NCBI RefSeq assembly: GCF_001194135.2
Contig: NC_068984.1
Coordinates: 57,884,552-57,948,551 of the forward strand
Length of the DNA: 64,000 nt
DNA from: Octopus bimaculoides
Taxonomy: Eukaryota
Reading direction: 5' to 3'
Within the stretch, counting starts at the first letter, position 1, and each line of letters opens with the position of its first letter. This document shows, piece after piece, positions 39,034 to 52,685 of this stretch. The position numbers and the translations under genes are program-made. Under the pieces are notes generated by a model, which saw only the letters and a program-made list of their open reading frames with translations, had not been told where the DNA came from and ran no database searches.

Positions 39034-39335
39034 NNNNNNNNNNNNNNNNNNNNNNNNNNNNNNNNNNNNNNNNNNNNNNNNNNNNNNNNNNNNNNNNNNN
39101 NNNNNNNNNNNNNNNNNNNNNNNNNNNNNNNNNNNNNNNNNNNNNNNNNNNNNNNNNNNNNNNNNNNNNNNNNNNNNNNNNNNNNNNNNNNNNNNNNNNN
39201 NNNNNNNNNNNNNNNNNNNNNNNNNNNNNNNNNNNNNNNNNNNNNNNNNNNNNNNNNNNNNNNNNNNNNNNNNNNNNNNNNNNNNNNNNNNNNNNNNNNN
39301 NNNNNNNNNNNNNNNNNNNNNNNNNNNNNNNNNNN

Positions 39336-39394
<59 letters not shown>
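38966..39394. repeat. (ATT)n microsatellite spanning an N gap
   Basis: Pure ATT repeats on both sides of N run 39034-39335. Confidence 0.95.
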
Positions 39395-39395
<1 letters not shown>

Positions 39396-41671
39396 TGATT
39401 TACCAAGATGGTGAGCTGGCAGAATCATTAGCACACTGGGCAAAATGCTTGAGCAGTATTTCATCCAACTATGTTCTGAGTTCAAATGCTGCCAGGGTTG
39501 ATAAATTAAGTACCAGTGAAATACTGGAATCGATGTAATTGACTAGCCCCCTCCCCACAAATTTCAGGCCTTGTGCTTTTATCATCAAAACAGCATTCAC
39601 TGAAGTTTCTTTCATTGGAAAAAATATGCATCCATTGTGTTCTCACCTCATGCCTCACAGATCAAGTTGCAGGCTTATTGCTGGCTATACTGGCATAGGG
39701 TGGAGTCTGCAATATATTTTTCAAACAGATTCTTCATCCTAAGATCTGAATGCATCCCTTGTTAACCTGCATGACAGACGATGCAGTATGGTTATCTTTT
39801 GAACCCTTTCCACATTGCACTTTCAAGCTGGTATTTGTACTGGACCCACGGATAAAGACCAATAAACAAGAGTTTATTGGTCAAAAAATAATAAACCGTA
39901 ATAACTGCTTCAAAATTTTAGCACAAAGCCAGACATTTGAGTGGAGGGGGTTAGTTGATTACACCAACTCCACTACTTGACTAGTACTTTATTTTATCAA
40001 CCAGGAAAGGATGAAAGATAAAGTTGACCTTGGTAGGATTTGAACTCAGAATGTAAATAGTTGGAAGAAATACAGTTAAGCATTTTGTCTGGTGTGCTAA
40101 CAATTCTACCAGCATTCTGCCTTTAATAAACTATAATAACGGGTAAGTGTCTTCTATTATAGTCAGGGGCTATAATAAAAAAAAACACTTGCCCAAGATG
40201 CCTTACAGTGGGACTAAGCCAGAAAAAAGTGGCTGGTAAGTGAACTTCTTAACCACAGAGCTATAAATAAATATACATATAGGCAAAATGACCAATGCTG
40301 GTGGAGTGCGAAAATCTCTTTCAAGTGTTGGGCCTCACAGACGCAATGACTAATGACCAAAACCTTTGGCATTATGTTGTGCTTGAGAAGAAGACCCATC
40401 AAGCCAAGTAAAATCAGTCATGGCTGATACTGGTGTCATGCAAATGGCACCCATTACATTCTCAGAGTGGTTGGCATTAGGAAGGGCATCCAACCATAGA
40501 AACCATGCCAAATTAGACTTGAGTCTGGTGCAGCCTTCCAGCTTGCCAGTCTTGGTCAAACCGTCCAACCCATACCAGTAAGGACAATGGACGTTAAATG
40601 ATGATTTTATATATATATATATATCCATTTGTGTGTGTGTGTGTGTGTATATATCATCATTAAATGTCTGCCTTCCATGCAAGCATGGGTTGGACAGTTT
40701 GACAGGAGCCAGCCAGGTAGAAGACTACTCCAGGTTACTGTGTCTGTTTTGGCAAGGTTTTTACAGCTGGATGCCCTTTCTAACACCAACCACTCCACAG
40801 AGTGGACTGAGTGCTTTTTACTTGACACCAGCACAAGCGAGGTCAGTTTTGGCATGGTTTTTATAACTGTATATTTTTTACATGGCACCAGTACCAACAG
40901 GGTCACCAAGCAACTTGCAAGACAAGGAATTTTGAGATGGGGAAGGGGCATCGGAGGAGAGTATCTTGTGTCAGATGATGAAAGGTTAGAGTGTGAGAGA
41001 GAGAGACAGAAACAGGTGTCTTGCTATAGAGGATGGGGCATTGGAGCAGGGGATCTTGTGTCAGATGATGAATTAGAACCAGCTTTAGTGTTGTAAACAT
41101 TATTAATCACACATATTCAAGGCAAGTGCTTTGCTTTTCACTGGTAGACTGTGATTAAGCATGGTGGGGATGACGCCCAAAGCACCAGATGCTAAAACAA
41201 CTGAAAGTCATAGACTTTTATAGTCTATCAACATCACGAACATACAGTGATGGACTGATGATTCAGTTCACTTCCAATTTGGTTCAGGTATATGATATAC
41301 ATGTGTGTGTGTGTATTTGCCCATGTATCTCTGACCTCTCTGCGAGACTATATATCTGCATAATTCTTTTTCTTTTTATTTCATTCTTGCATAAGTGCAT
41401 ACATACATCTCCAAACTTTTTCTTACATTTGGACAGCTCTTTCCATAGGCATCAGCATTAACTTTTTCATCTGTATGTTCTGAAAATGTAATTTTCCCAA
41501 ATAATGTGCACTTCATATTAAAGGCTGTGATGAAACTATAGGATGTTACCGAATCTAACAGTCCAGGGACTCAACTAACAGTCTACCACATAGCAGAAAC
41601 AGCTCTAAGCTAATGAAGTTCATTACACAAACCTTTGTTTTTTCTTCAGTGACATCTCTTTGTTTATATAT

Positions 41672-41985
41672 CATCATCGTTCAACGTCCGCTTTCCATGC
41701 TAGCAAGGGTTGGACGATTTGACTGAGGACTGGTGAACCAGATGGCTACACCAGGCTCCAATCTGATTTGGTAGAGTTTCTACAGCTGGATGCCCTTCCT
41801 AATGCCAACCACTCCGAGAGTGTAGTGGGTGCTTTTATGTGCCACTGGCATGAAGGCCAGTCAGGCGATACTGGCAACAGCCATGCTCAAAATGGTGTAT
41901 TTTATGTGCCACCAGTACAGGAGCCAGTCCAGGGGCACTGGTAACAATCTCGCTCGAATGACTTTTCACGTGCCACCGGCACGAA
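41672..41985 (-). mobile_element. RTE LINE 3'-tail copy, about 40 bp from an SCP2 donor
   Basis: Nearly identical to 14376-14715. Confidence 0.8.
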
Positions 41986-42023
41986 AGACTGATAGTAGAA
42001 ATTATCAAAGTACTTTAACTCAC

Positions 42024-42100
42024 CTGCTGTGGGTTAAGTTTTCCAGACATCAAGAGTGGGAAATTTTCATCAGATACTTTAATTGTACAATCAGCTTTCT
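42024..42100 (-). CDS. SCP2: SCP2/SCPx exon (SCP2 domain)
   Basis: 77 nt, CAG acceptor, GTGAG donor. (K)KADCTIKVSDENFPLLMSGKLNPQQ versus human [26 protein letters not shown]. Confidence 0.93.
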
Positions 42101-45067
42101 CTGAAATTAACAGACAAAATATTTAGAAGTGATGTTATTTTCAAGTTATTTTAATAATAAAACAAAAGAAAAAAAAAATTAAACCCATTCACTTTATTTA
42201 ACCTTTGGTTGAGTTTGTCATTTCCCCATCATATTCACTTCTTTCCCCTGATTGAATTTGAGGGACTTAACATGAGCTTTGTATCTTCTTATTCCATTCT
42301 AACATAGGTTGTTTATTTCTAAGTTATTGCATCCTGTGTGTTTACAGCTGTATGCTTTTCCTTATGAACTGACTTGAGAAAGAAGAGCAATATGCATTGT
42401 TTGAAAGCAGAATACAAAGAATTTATATGGATTTGAATTCGACAATTTGGCCAGCATTTTAGCAACAAAACCATAGAATATCAACCAGCTTTTAATTATG
42501 CTCAAAATACTGCCTTTAGTCCCCCACTGTTCAATACATTTAGTAATAGTTAATCTATTCCTCCTTCATTTTAATGAGCTGCTCTTGTTCTTGCTCAAAA
42601 GAAATCTATTTTATGCTTTTGGAAAAAAAAAGAAAAGAAAAGAGTTATTGAACAATGTACTAGCTTCAAATTGCAAAATTGTTACAACAGACACACAAGC
42701 TAAAACTTCCCAATGTTTCATTTTTGTCTAATGTTTCAAGCATGCACAAAATTGTACAGAAATAGCAGATGTAAAAAATACCAGACCATCACTAGAAAAC
42801 CTGATATGCTGGAAACAACTTGTAAATGACATTATTTCTGAAGAAACTTCTCCGCTTTCTAAAAAGCCAAAAGTGAAACATTGGGAGTTTGTAGCTTTTT
42901 GAGTTGATGGGTGGATGTTTGGTAAGGAGATTTTAGTGTTTCTTTAAGGAAAGAGGAAGAAGAAATTTGTTAAAGATTTGTACTATTTTTTTCATTGTAG
43001 ATTACAAAGAAAAAGATTTGTAAAAAAGTAAAAATGAAGAAGTTAGGGTGGGGAGGGAGGAAATTAGAATATTGAGAACATGTTTTTTGGGCGAAATCCT
43101 AATCTCCTGTATCGAAAACAGGAATTGGAAGAAATTTATGAAAAATATAAGGAGGGAGGGGTACAAATGTCACCTTGGACATGCTAGAAACAACAAGTAA
43201 AGGACAGGATTTCTGAGAGAACTTCCTTTTAAGTTCATATCAAAGATCAGGTTTTTAAATATGCTCATCACAAATACAAATTACAGAATAGATAAAAGTC
43301 ATTTCAATTGGATTTGAGCTGTAATTTTGCACATGCACACAACAAAAAATAACACGATTCGTACAGAAGTTTTACCTAGAGTGTATGTGTGTGCCAAAGG
43401 AAGTTATTTTATGGCATTCTTTCATTTGAAGCACCAAAGTTGTCAATGTGATCATATGGGATCATATGACTGTTTGTTAAAATTTTAAAAATTTCTTTAT
43501 GCTTTGAAGAGAGCAGAAATAGAAAGTGAAAAGGTGACACTGGCTTTGAAATGAGAGCAGAAAGTGAAAGAGAGGAGAAAGTGAAAGATATATGCAAATG
43601 TATATGAAATGGATGTGTGTGTGTGTGAGAGAGAGAGGGAGTGAAGGTGTGTGTTGTCATGTATGTATTTTTTTGCATGTGTGTGTAAGTGGCACTCAGT
43701 CACTCTCTCTCACACGCATCTTTCATATACACGTACATAAATATATATGCATACATCTTTTTTGTATGTGTGCATGTGAGAGAGCAAGTGAGTGACTGTA
43801 TTTATTCATAACATAAGGAGAAATGGATGTCTTTTAATGAAATTATTTTGGTTGTGGCTTATTTTAATGCAATATTTATGTGTACACTTTCATGTTTGTC
43901 TGAGTAGAATTCTGTGCATGTATGAAACATTAGATGAAAGTGAAACATTAGAAGCAAATCGAAATATTGCCTCAAAATGACCTCAAAATTGTGGAACCCA
44001 ACCTCGTTTCTGAGGTTATTTTAGTAGTAAAAGAGAGTTGTTGTGCCAAAAACATAGTGTATTTGGTAGCCTTTATATTGGGTCATCCCATAAATAATGC
44101 ATTTTTAAAATACTTCTTTTATTTTTCAAAATTAAGATAAACAAATTTCTTTTTTTTTTAAAACAGAGGTTCTCAAACTTTTTGGGCCACCACCCACCTC
44201 ATGGCCACATAATACCCTCAGTGCTCCCACTTCTTTCTTTATTATAGTACAGATGTGACTAATTTGGAGAAACATTACTTTCATTATTCACATATCGTCA
44301 CTCATGTAATGCAACACTTTGTAAGTTTGGTTCAAATTGAATGTGTGAAACTATTTTCTCTTTCTAATGAAACCTGGTCATTGTAGAGCAGTGTCTTTCA
44401 AATAATTAAAGCTGGTTGTTGAGATAATGTAGAAAATATGTAAATGAAAATAAAGTTTATTTGGTAGCCAAAAGATTATTGAATCTTTTGATACCCCATG
44501 TCAAAATCAGCAACTTAGTTTTTAAATGCATAAGGAATATATGTGCGTGCAAGCACACGCACACACAAACTCTCTTTTATATATATATATTATAGATATA
44601 GATAGATTATAATAAATAATGCACAATAAATACACTTACTATACACTTCCTTTATAATACAATATTCTTATTAAAAGATGACCATAAATAAAATATACAA
44701 GTTACACATGCATTTCCCATGCTACCATGAGTTTGTGTGTGTGGGTTTCACATGCTGTTTTTCCATGTGGCTAGGATACTTAATGTTTGGATAGTTTTCC
44801 TTAGAGTTTACAAGGTTAAAAGTATGAAATAAGAAAGAATTTATCTTACAGCATTGTACTTAAGAATCAACATTATTCTTTGATCAATAATTACACATAT
44901 ATTGCAAGTAGTTTCATATTATTATTTCTTACAGCAATTTATTAGAATTTATGTGAGAATATGAAAGTATATACAAGATTTTCTTTAGAACTCAATATTT
45001 CATACAACTTAATTTTGCAGGAATTAGAAATGTTATAGAAAGCAAAGGGAAAAATAAAGATACTAAC

Positions 45068-45200
45068 TATCTAATCCATAACCAATTTCTCCAGTGCCAC
45101 TCTTCAAATCTACAATCCATTTTCCAGTGGTATTACCTGGACCATTGGTTATTTCAAAACAGTAGATTCCTTGAATTTTTTTCACCATTGCACCACCATC
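45068..45200 (-). CDS. SCP2: SCP2/SCPx exon (SCP2 domain)
   Basis: 133 nt, TAG acceptor, GTTAGT donor. DGGAMVKKIQGIYCFEITNGPGNTTGKWIVDLKSGTGEIGYGLD versus human [37 protein letters not shown]. Confidence 0.92.
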
Positions 45201-45264
45201 CTATATAAAATAATAAACTCAGATAAAAATTCTAGATTTAAAACAAAAAGTATTCTATAAAATA

Positions 45265-46557
45265 TTGGGTCATCCCACAAATAATGCATTTTTTAAATAC
45301 TTCTTTTATTTTTCAAAATTAAGATAAACAAAATTATTTTTTAATCTAAAATATACTCTCCTTCATTTTCTACAATGCTCTTCCATCTATTTGGTAGACC
45401 TGCAAAGCCTCTCTTCTAAAATTCACTTGCCTGTGATGAAAAATATTTATCAACTACTGTTCTGACCTTGTCTCTAGAATTCATATTTTTTCCATCCAAA
45501 TGATTTTGAAGACTGTGGAATAAATGATAATCAGATGGGGCAATGTTCGGCAAATATAGTGGGTGGAGCACTGTTTCCCATTCAAACTGCTTCAGCCTTT
45601 TGGAATGTTATCCTCACTGTATGTGGCTGAGCATTATCCTGATGGACGAACACCTTTCATCTTGAAAGCAAAGGTGGTCATTTTCCTTCTTGTACTGACT
45701 TAATCTGCTCAAGCTGCTTGCAGTGGATCTCCTTTGTTATTGTTTGGTTTGGGTTTAAAAGTTCAAAGTAGACTAAACCTTTCATATCCCACCAAACAGA
45801 TAACAACACCTTATGTGTGTGGAGACCTTCTTTAGCTTGGAGTACCGGTGTATCTCCTTTGCCTAGCCACTGTCTTCAGTGCTTGACATTTTTATAGAGA
45901 ACCCATTTCTCATCACCAGTCACTATACGGTCCCAAAAAGGTTCATTCATGAGACATGACAGCAAAGAAGAGCACACATTCACTCTCTGCATGTGATTAG
46001 ACTCGGAAAGTTTGTGAGGAACCCATTGACTCAATTTGCTGACTTTTCCGATGTCATGCAGGTGTTGATGAATGGTTCAATGACCAAATCTAAGCTTCTC
46101 TGCTAGTTCCTCAACAATTACAATGGGATTTTGTTCCACTAGGGTTTGCAGGATGTCCTCATTAAGCTCTACAAATCTTCCAGGATGAGGCTCATTTTCT
46201 AGGCTGTAGTTTTCGGCTCAGAATTTCTGGAACCACCATTGGCACTGGCTTACATTTATTGTCTGATCCTCATATACTGCATTAATATTCCTTGCACTTT
46301 CTATTGCATTGTTGCCTTTATTGAACTCATAAAGCAAAATATGCCGAATATGCTTCTTTGTGACTTCCATTATAGCTTTGAAAAAATAACTCTTAAAATC
46401 GAACTGCACTCTTCAAAACTTGCACTAAGAATAAGGACAAGGTAAAATTACTACCTGTTTTTATAGCAAGTTGATGCAGGTAGTTTATCATGTGCCCCTT
46501 TGACTTTTAGTTCATGCAATTGAAAAAAAACCCCACTTTATTTATGGGATGATCCAA
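45265..46557 (-). mobile_element. Full-length (1293 bp) degenerate mariner (DD34D)
   Basis: TIRs ttgg(g/a)tcatccca(c/t)aaataa with TA at both ends. MEVTKKHIRHILLYEFNKG, RIVTGDEKW, HQDNAQPH and PNIAPSDYH motifs. Confidence 0.92.
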
Positions 46558-47101
46558 TATAATCTAATCAGTATTTTGAAGTACTATAAAATGACTATAA
46601 AATGCCCTTGCCTATGCGACACACCCCCAACATACATGGTTCAAATCGGAAATTTTATCATTGACCTGGCCATAAGTCACAGTGACATTTTTGATGTTGG
46701 AGAGCAAAGTTCAATTGGGAATTGTGACAACATAGTTGTTGTTCGGTAACTGAGCTTTCAGTAAGCTGAAGATGACTTACAACAATTGTTATCCCATTAA
46801 GTCCATGCATTTTAGAAACCGTTGTTTATAATGTAAAATTTTATCCTTTTCGGTTATTCCAAGTGTCAAAACTTCAGATGTGGCATGTACCTAGAAAATA
46901 TCTGAAGATTTTTTTTTTATAGGATGCGCTTATAAGTTGCACCCCCAACTTGAGGTAAAAATTTAAAAGAAAAAAAATGCAACTTAAAGCTGAGTATATA
47001 TGGTAATATAAACTTTAAATTTACCAAAAACTGACTGAGTAACATATTTAAAATAATTAAAGCTTTCATGCATTTAAAACATAGACTCTGGTAACATAAC
47101 T

Positions 47102-47132
<31 letters not shown>

Positions 47133-47271
47133 TGTCTACATGATATCTAACTGTAAAGGTGAGACTGTGTCATTGGCTTCTTTCAAACTACCCTGACTAG
47201 AATAAAAATAATGTTTATCACAGTTAACATTCCATTATTGCTTTAGTACAACAAACTTAATAATATCTTAC

Positions 47272-47368
47272 AGTTTCAAGCTGCTGTTTAATCAATTCAA
47301 ACACGGGATAGGATTTGAAATCCTGTTCTGTTGCAGAACTGACATTAGACATGCTCAAAGTGGATTGC
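47272..47368 (-). CDS. SCP2: SCP2/SCPx exon (linker and start of SCP2 domain)
   Basis: 97 nt, TAG acceptor, GTAAG donor. QSTLSMSNVSSATEQDFKSYPVFELIKQQLET versus human ..SASDGFKANLVFKEIEKKLEE. Phases fit both neighbours. Confidence 0.88.
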
Positions 47369-47673
47369 CTACAAAAACACAAATAGAATTTCATTTTAAT
47401 ATATAATTGTTTTTGCAATTTCAATAGTAATAGTACCTTGTTTCTAAATCATTTCATGATATGAAGTATAGCTTATTTTGGTGTGCAATTAATGTAAATT
47501 ACTTTAAAAGGTATTTAGAGTGAAAATATTAAAACAAAAAGAAGCATATTATAAGTGTTTGTAAATTATTTCAGTCCCACTATTTGGCATCTTGGGCAAG
47601 TGTCTTGCATTATCGCATTTTAAATTATTGTATGTACAATCAATTATACTAATTCTCAAAATATGATAATTAC

Positions 47674-47830
47674 CTTTGAGCTTCTGAAGGGAATCCAAGT
47701 TTATAAGCAGCTACAATTGAAGCACCACCTAAGCCAATATTTTGCTGTAGAGCTAGTTTTGCATTTGGAACTTGACGTTTCTGAGCCAAACCACGTAGTT
47801 GCCAGCAGAGTTCACAACACTGAGCTAATC
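47674..47830 (-). CDS. SCP2: SCP2/SCPx exon (thiolase C-terminus)
   Basis: 157 nt. (G)[51 protein letters not shown](R) versus human [47 protein letters not shown]. Confidence 0.94.
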
Positions 47831-48140
47831 CTGTTAAATGAAAATAGTTGCAATAACAAATTACAAATTGATGTGAAAGTATTTATTCCGATATAATTCT
47901 TTCTAATTGTGGCACAAGGCCAGAAATATTAAGGAGGAAAGGGAAGTCAGATTGGGGAAGTTACATTGATCCCAGCGCTCAACTGGTACTTTTTTTTCTT
48001 CATCAAACTCAAAATGATGAAAGGCAAAGTCAACCACTATAGTATTTAATAACAATTCCACCAGCTTGAAGCCTTATTTATTTCAATGTAGTAAGAATCT
48101 ATATTAAGTGAAGAACATGGAAAATGTTTCAATCATTTGA

Positions 48141-48359
48141 CCCTTTTGCATTCAGATTTCTCTGTCAAATGTAATACTTATTTATTCACATTGTTTTGCA
48201 TTAATCATATATTACCTTGTTGCTCTGAGATTTTGATGATGTGATTGATTATCTTTAGAATAACATTGTAGCATAGGTGTGAGAGGCAAAATTTTGCTGA
48301 TCTGAACATAAAACAAGTAAAATATTAGGCCAGATATGGCCAGTTTAAATACAAAAGGG
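48141..48359. mobile_element. piggyBac-type MITE
   Basis: TTGA|CCCTTT...AAAGGG|TTAA, with the left TTAA mutated. Confidence 0.65.
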
Positions 48360-48388
48360 TTAAACAATTAATTATGTTCAGTTCTTAC

Positions 48389-48496
48389 CTGTAGCACCTA
48401 AAGGATGTCCTTTAGAAATCAAACCACCACTAGGATTCACCACAAATTTTCCTCCAAAAGTATTATCACCATTATCTATAAATTCACCAGCTTTGC
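48389..48496 (-). CDS. SCP2: SCP2/SCPx exon (thiolase GHP loop); no upstream exon found in the window
   Basis: 108 nt, AG acceptor, GTAAG donor. (G)[35 protein letters not shown](G) contains the SCPx signature [17 protein letters not shown]. Confidence 0.95.
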
Positions 48497-49211
48497 CTAA
48501 AAAAAAAAAAATTACAAGACAAACAAACTACAGCATCAATACATAGAAAGTAAACAATTTTGATGGTAATCATAGATTTACCATGTGCATTCTAGTTTTA
48601 CAATAGGTACACCATGTCCTTGCAAGAGGCAACAGAAAGGGCATCCAGCTGTAAAACACTGCCTCAAAAAGAAAAAAATCCAACCCATGCAAGCATGGAA
48701 AAGTAGATGTAACATGCTGGGGATGCTACTGCTGTTGGTGATGATAATAATTATCACAGACTGTGTTTCTTTTTTTTTTAAAGTAAACAGGAAAATGTGA
48801 GGAGACTGAAATTCAAACCTGCTTTAGAAAAATGGCTAAATAAGATATTTCTACCTTATATACTTGGTGAAAATTTAGTCAATGAATCTTTTATGTTTTC
48901 TTCATTTCAGTCACAAGACTTGCAGCCATGCTGAAGTACTGTCTCAAAGGTTTTAGTCAAACAAATTAATCCCAATACATTTTTTAAAATCCTGATGCTT
49001 ATACTATTGATTGCTTTTTGATGTACTCTTAAGTTACAGGAAGATACACAAACACACATATAACAGGCTTCTTTCAGTTTCCATTTACAAAATCCACTCA
49101 CAAAGTGCTGCACTGTGGGACTGAACTTAAGACTACATGGTTGGGAAGCAAGTTTCTTAACCACACAAGCATGCCTACACCTATGAATGTAATTATCACT
49201 ATCATTTAAGG

Positions 49212-49515
49212 CAGTGGTTCAAACTTTTTTGGGCTGCCCCCTTGACATCCAGGCCACATTCCTAGCCACCCACCCCAGCTAACCATCACAAGCATAGACC
49301 TCTTTCTGAAGCAAATTCAAAGCAACTGTATTTCACAAATAAGACTTAACTCAATGAACCCATTATTTTGTTGTTTCTACATGAATCGCCACCCCATTAT
49401 CACCCCAATTTTTACAGGATTCGCTACCCCATTATTGTCCCACTTTTCTTCAATTCACCCTTAGAACTTTCCATCGCCCCAGTGGGGACAATATCTCTCA
49501 CTTTGGGAACCATTG
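49212..49515. mobile_element. hAT-type MITE
   Basis: CAGTGGTTC...GAACCATTG ends. Flanks ATTTAAGG and AGATAAGG match at 6 of 8 positions. Confidence 0.65.
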
Positions 49516-49770
49516 AGATAAGGCATCAAGCTAGCAGAATCATTAGCATGCAGGGTGAAATGCTTAGCAGTATTTTGTCTGCCTTCATGTTCTGAGTTCA
49601 AATTCTGCCAAGATTGACTTTGCCTTTCATCCTTTCAGAGTCAATAAGTCTATTCATTTAAATATTTGGATCAAGTTTTTGATATGAGGACAACTCATGA
49701 ATGATGCCCACCTCACATCAGTCTTGGATATCCTGCAAAAGGTCAAGGTGCTTCCCTTTACCCTCTAAGC

Positions 49771-50147
49771 CAGTGCTTTTCAATCACCTATGAACCTCTT
49801 TGATTACTATATTATTCTGGTGAATCCCCATAGCCATTCAGTGTTTAAAAACTATTTTTATAGGTACTTTCGATATTCTTATTTTGTCTCTCACTCATTC
49901 TCTTGCAGAGATTTGTAATAACACTCTCTGAGAGAATGTTTCTGTGACCAGAAACATGTTAAACTATGTAAAACATTAGAGAAAGAAACCAAGCTGTTTC
50001 TTGCAGTCAATATATCTAAAGCAAATTTTTTTATACACCCTTTAAATACAATTATAGATTCCCTAATTTACTACTTTGTTTGCATGGACTCCACCAAATC
50101 TTATGTGAACCCCCAAGGGTCATATGAACTATGGTGGAGAACCATTG
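49771..50147. mobile_element. hAT-type MITE with a perfect 8-bp TSD
   Basis: CTCTAAGC at 49763-70 and 50148-55 flanks CAGTG...CATTG ends. Confidence 0.85.
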
Positions 50148-50789
50148 CTCTAAGCCATAAAAAGAAAAGAGAAAAAAATGATGAGCCTTTGTAGTTATCA
50201 AATTTCCTTAGAGTTCATCATCATCGTTTAATGTCCATCTTCCGTGCATGCATGAGTAGCATGGCTCACAGAAGCTGGCCAGTTAGAAAAACTACTCTAT
50301 GCTACTGTGTCTGTTTTTGTAGGATTTTTATGGCTAGATGTCCTTCCTAACACCAACCACTCTGTAGAGTGGACTCAGTGCTTTTACGTGGCACTAGCAC
50401 AGGTGAGGTTAATTTTAACATGATTTTTACAGCCGGATGTCCTTCCAAATGCCAACCACTTTACAGTGTGGACTGAATGCTTTTTATGTGGTACCAGCAC
50501 TGGCAGGGTCACTGTGTAACTTGCAAGACAAGGAATTATGAGAGGGGCACGGGAATTTGAGGAGGGGTACTCGTGTCAGAGGATGAAAGTTTAGAGGGTG
50601 ACAAAGAGACAGAGGCAGAAACAGGTGTCTTGCTATAACGGAGGGGGTACTCGACGAGATAATCCAGTATCAGGTGATGAAAGGTTAGAGTGTGACAGAG
50701 AAATATTATACAAGGAATATTAAAAAAGGCGATTGCAACCTCAATGTTGGATTAAAGTAATCTTAACTCTTTGAATGCAAAATTAAATT

Positions 50790-51240
50790 CCATGTGACTG
50801 AGACCTTTGGAAATGTGCTGTGCGTGAGAAGACCCGGCAAGCCAAGTAAGATCGTTGCCAGTGCCCCTGGACTGGCTCTTGTGCGGGTGGCACATGAGAT
50901 GCACCATTTTGAGCGTGGCCGTTGCCAGTATCGCCTGACTGGCTCCCGTAGGATTTTCGAGTGAGATCGTTGCCAGTGCCCCTGGACTGACTTGTGCGGG
51001 TGGCACATAAAAGACACCATTTCGAGCGTGGCCGTTTTCGTGCGGGTGACACGTAAAAGCACCCACTACACTCTCTGAGTGGTTGGCGTTAGGAAGGGCA
51101 TCCAGCTGTAGAAACTCTGCCAAATTAGATTGGAGCCTGGTGTTGCCATCCGGTTTCACCAGTCCTCAGTCAAATCGTCCAACCCATGCTAGCATGGAAA
51201 GCGGACGTTAAACGATGATGATGATGATGATGATGATGAT
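50790..51240 (+). mobile_element. RTE LINE 3' end with (GAT)n tail
   Basis: Starts with gacctttggaaat..gtgagaagac..gcaagccaagt, the same as the ORF2 end at about 56634-56680. This ties the abundant tail repeat to the RTE LINE. Confidence 0.85.
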
Positions 51241-52685
51241 TCCTAGTAATGATGATAAAGATCTACCAAAAAATAGATTTGGTATTTTCTGCTTCTATAA
51301 ACTTAACGTATCTCATCAATAAATAGTTTCAAACATGACATTCTTCAACAATATATACCAAAGATTGGTATACAAAACTGCCTCCCCCAGTTGAAGGTAA
51401 TGAAATTTTGAGTGGATATATCTGATTTCTGCACTAAAAGGATTATGGTATGGGAGCTTCATTAAGGAAATCATTTCGATTTTTAAAATTTTACATGAGC
51501 TGAGGTCAAACTGGTGAAAGCCAGGTTGGTTTTTACCTTTCAAATTTTATCATTTATTGAATTTAGTATAAAAGGATTGATTATAATTAGTTGGGTAAAG
51601 TAAATTATATAAACAGAAAGAAAATTGACAGAAATATGTGAATGATATAGGATTGTTTTATGAAATATCTAAGCTGAGAACTATATCTCTTGTACTTCTT
51701 TCAGTCATCAGACTGTGGTCATGCTGGAGCACCTCCTTGAATTTTTGATCGAATGAATCAACCTCAGTACTTATTTGTTTATTTTTTGAAACCTAGTACT
51801 TATTCTATGTCACTTTTGCTGAACTGTTAGGTTACAGGGACATAAACACACCAACACCAGTTGTAAAATAGTGGTGGGAGACAAACACACACACACACAC
51901 ACATACGATGGACTTCTTTCTGTTTCTGTCTTCCAAGTCCACTCACAAGGCTTTGGTCAGCCCAAGGCTATAGTAGAAGACACTTGCCCATGGTGCCATG
52001 CAGTGGGACTGAAACCAGAACCACGTGGTTGGGAAGCAAGCTTCTTACCATACAGTCACAGATTTAAGCTGCAACTTGATTATCAAAATTTATTTCCTAT
52101 AGGTGATTAAAAGAATAAGGAAAGGGGTTGGATTCAGAATATTAAAAGAAATTATGTCATGAAAAAATGTAATAGATAACGGCTATAATTGAATTTTACT
52201 AAGAGATTATACTGATAATACTTATATAACCCAATGTCTTTCAGTTTATCACTTGACTGTTTATTTCAAACTGATATGTCTAATAACTTATATTTAGTGA
52301 AGTGTGAGATACTTCAAACACACATTTTGACCTAATATGTTTCAGTCATGCAGATAACCTCAACTTGTTTTTTTTTAAAGTTAATAAAAGAAAAAAAAGG
52401 AAATTTGTTCTAGTTTTAGTAAATCATCAGTCATTAGGAAAATTCTGTCTTTCAGTGGAACAAATTTCAAAGGCTTTGAAAAGAAGCAGAGAAGATAGCA
52501 TATTTTGTAAATGAATGTGTTTTATGTTTCAAATTCTGAGTTATTTACTTTTGCTGTGTATAACTTATGTTTATCTTAATGTTCTTGTCAATTATCCAAT
52601 ATTTTGAATCTTCTCTAATAAATCTTTGTTAATATTATATTTAGTAGATGATAAAATCAAGAAAATAATGATAAACATAAGTGCA

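Noticed and set aside
38886-39538. ORFs made of poly-I/L/Y/N and X (similar cases at 34423-35002 and 56880-57534)
   Set aside because: Translations of microsatellites and N gaps.
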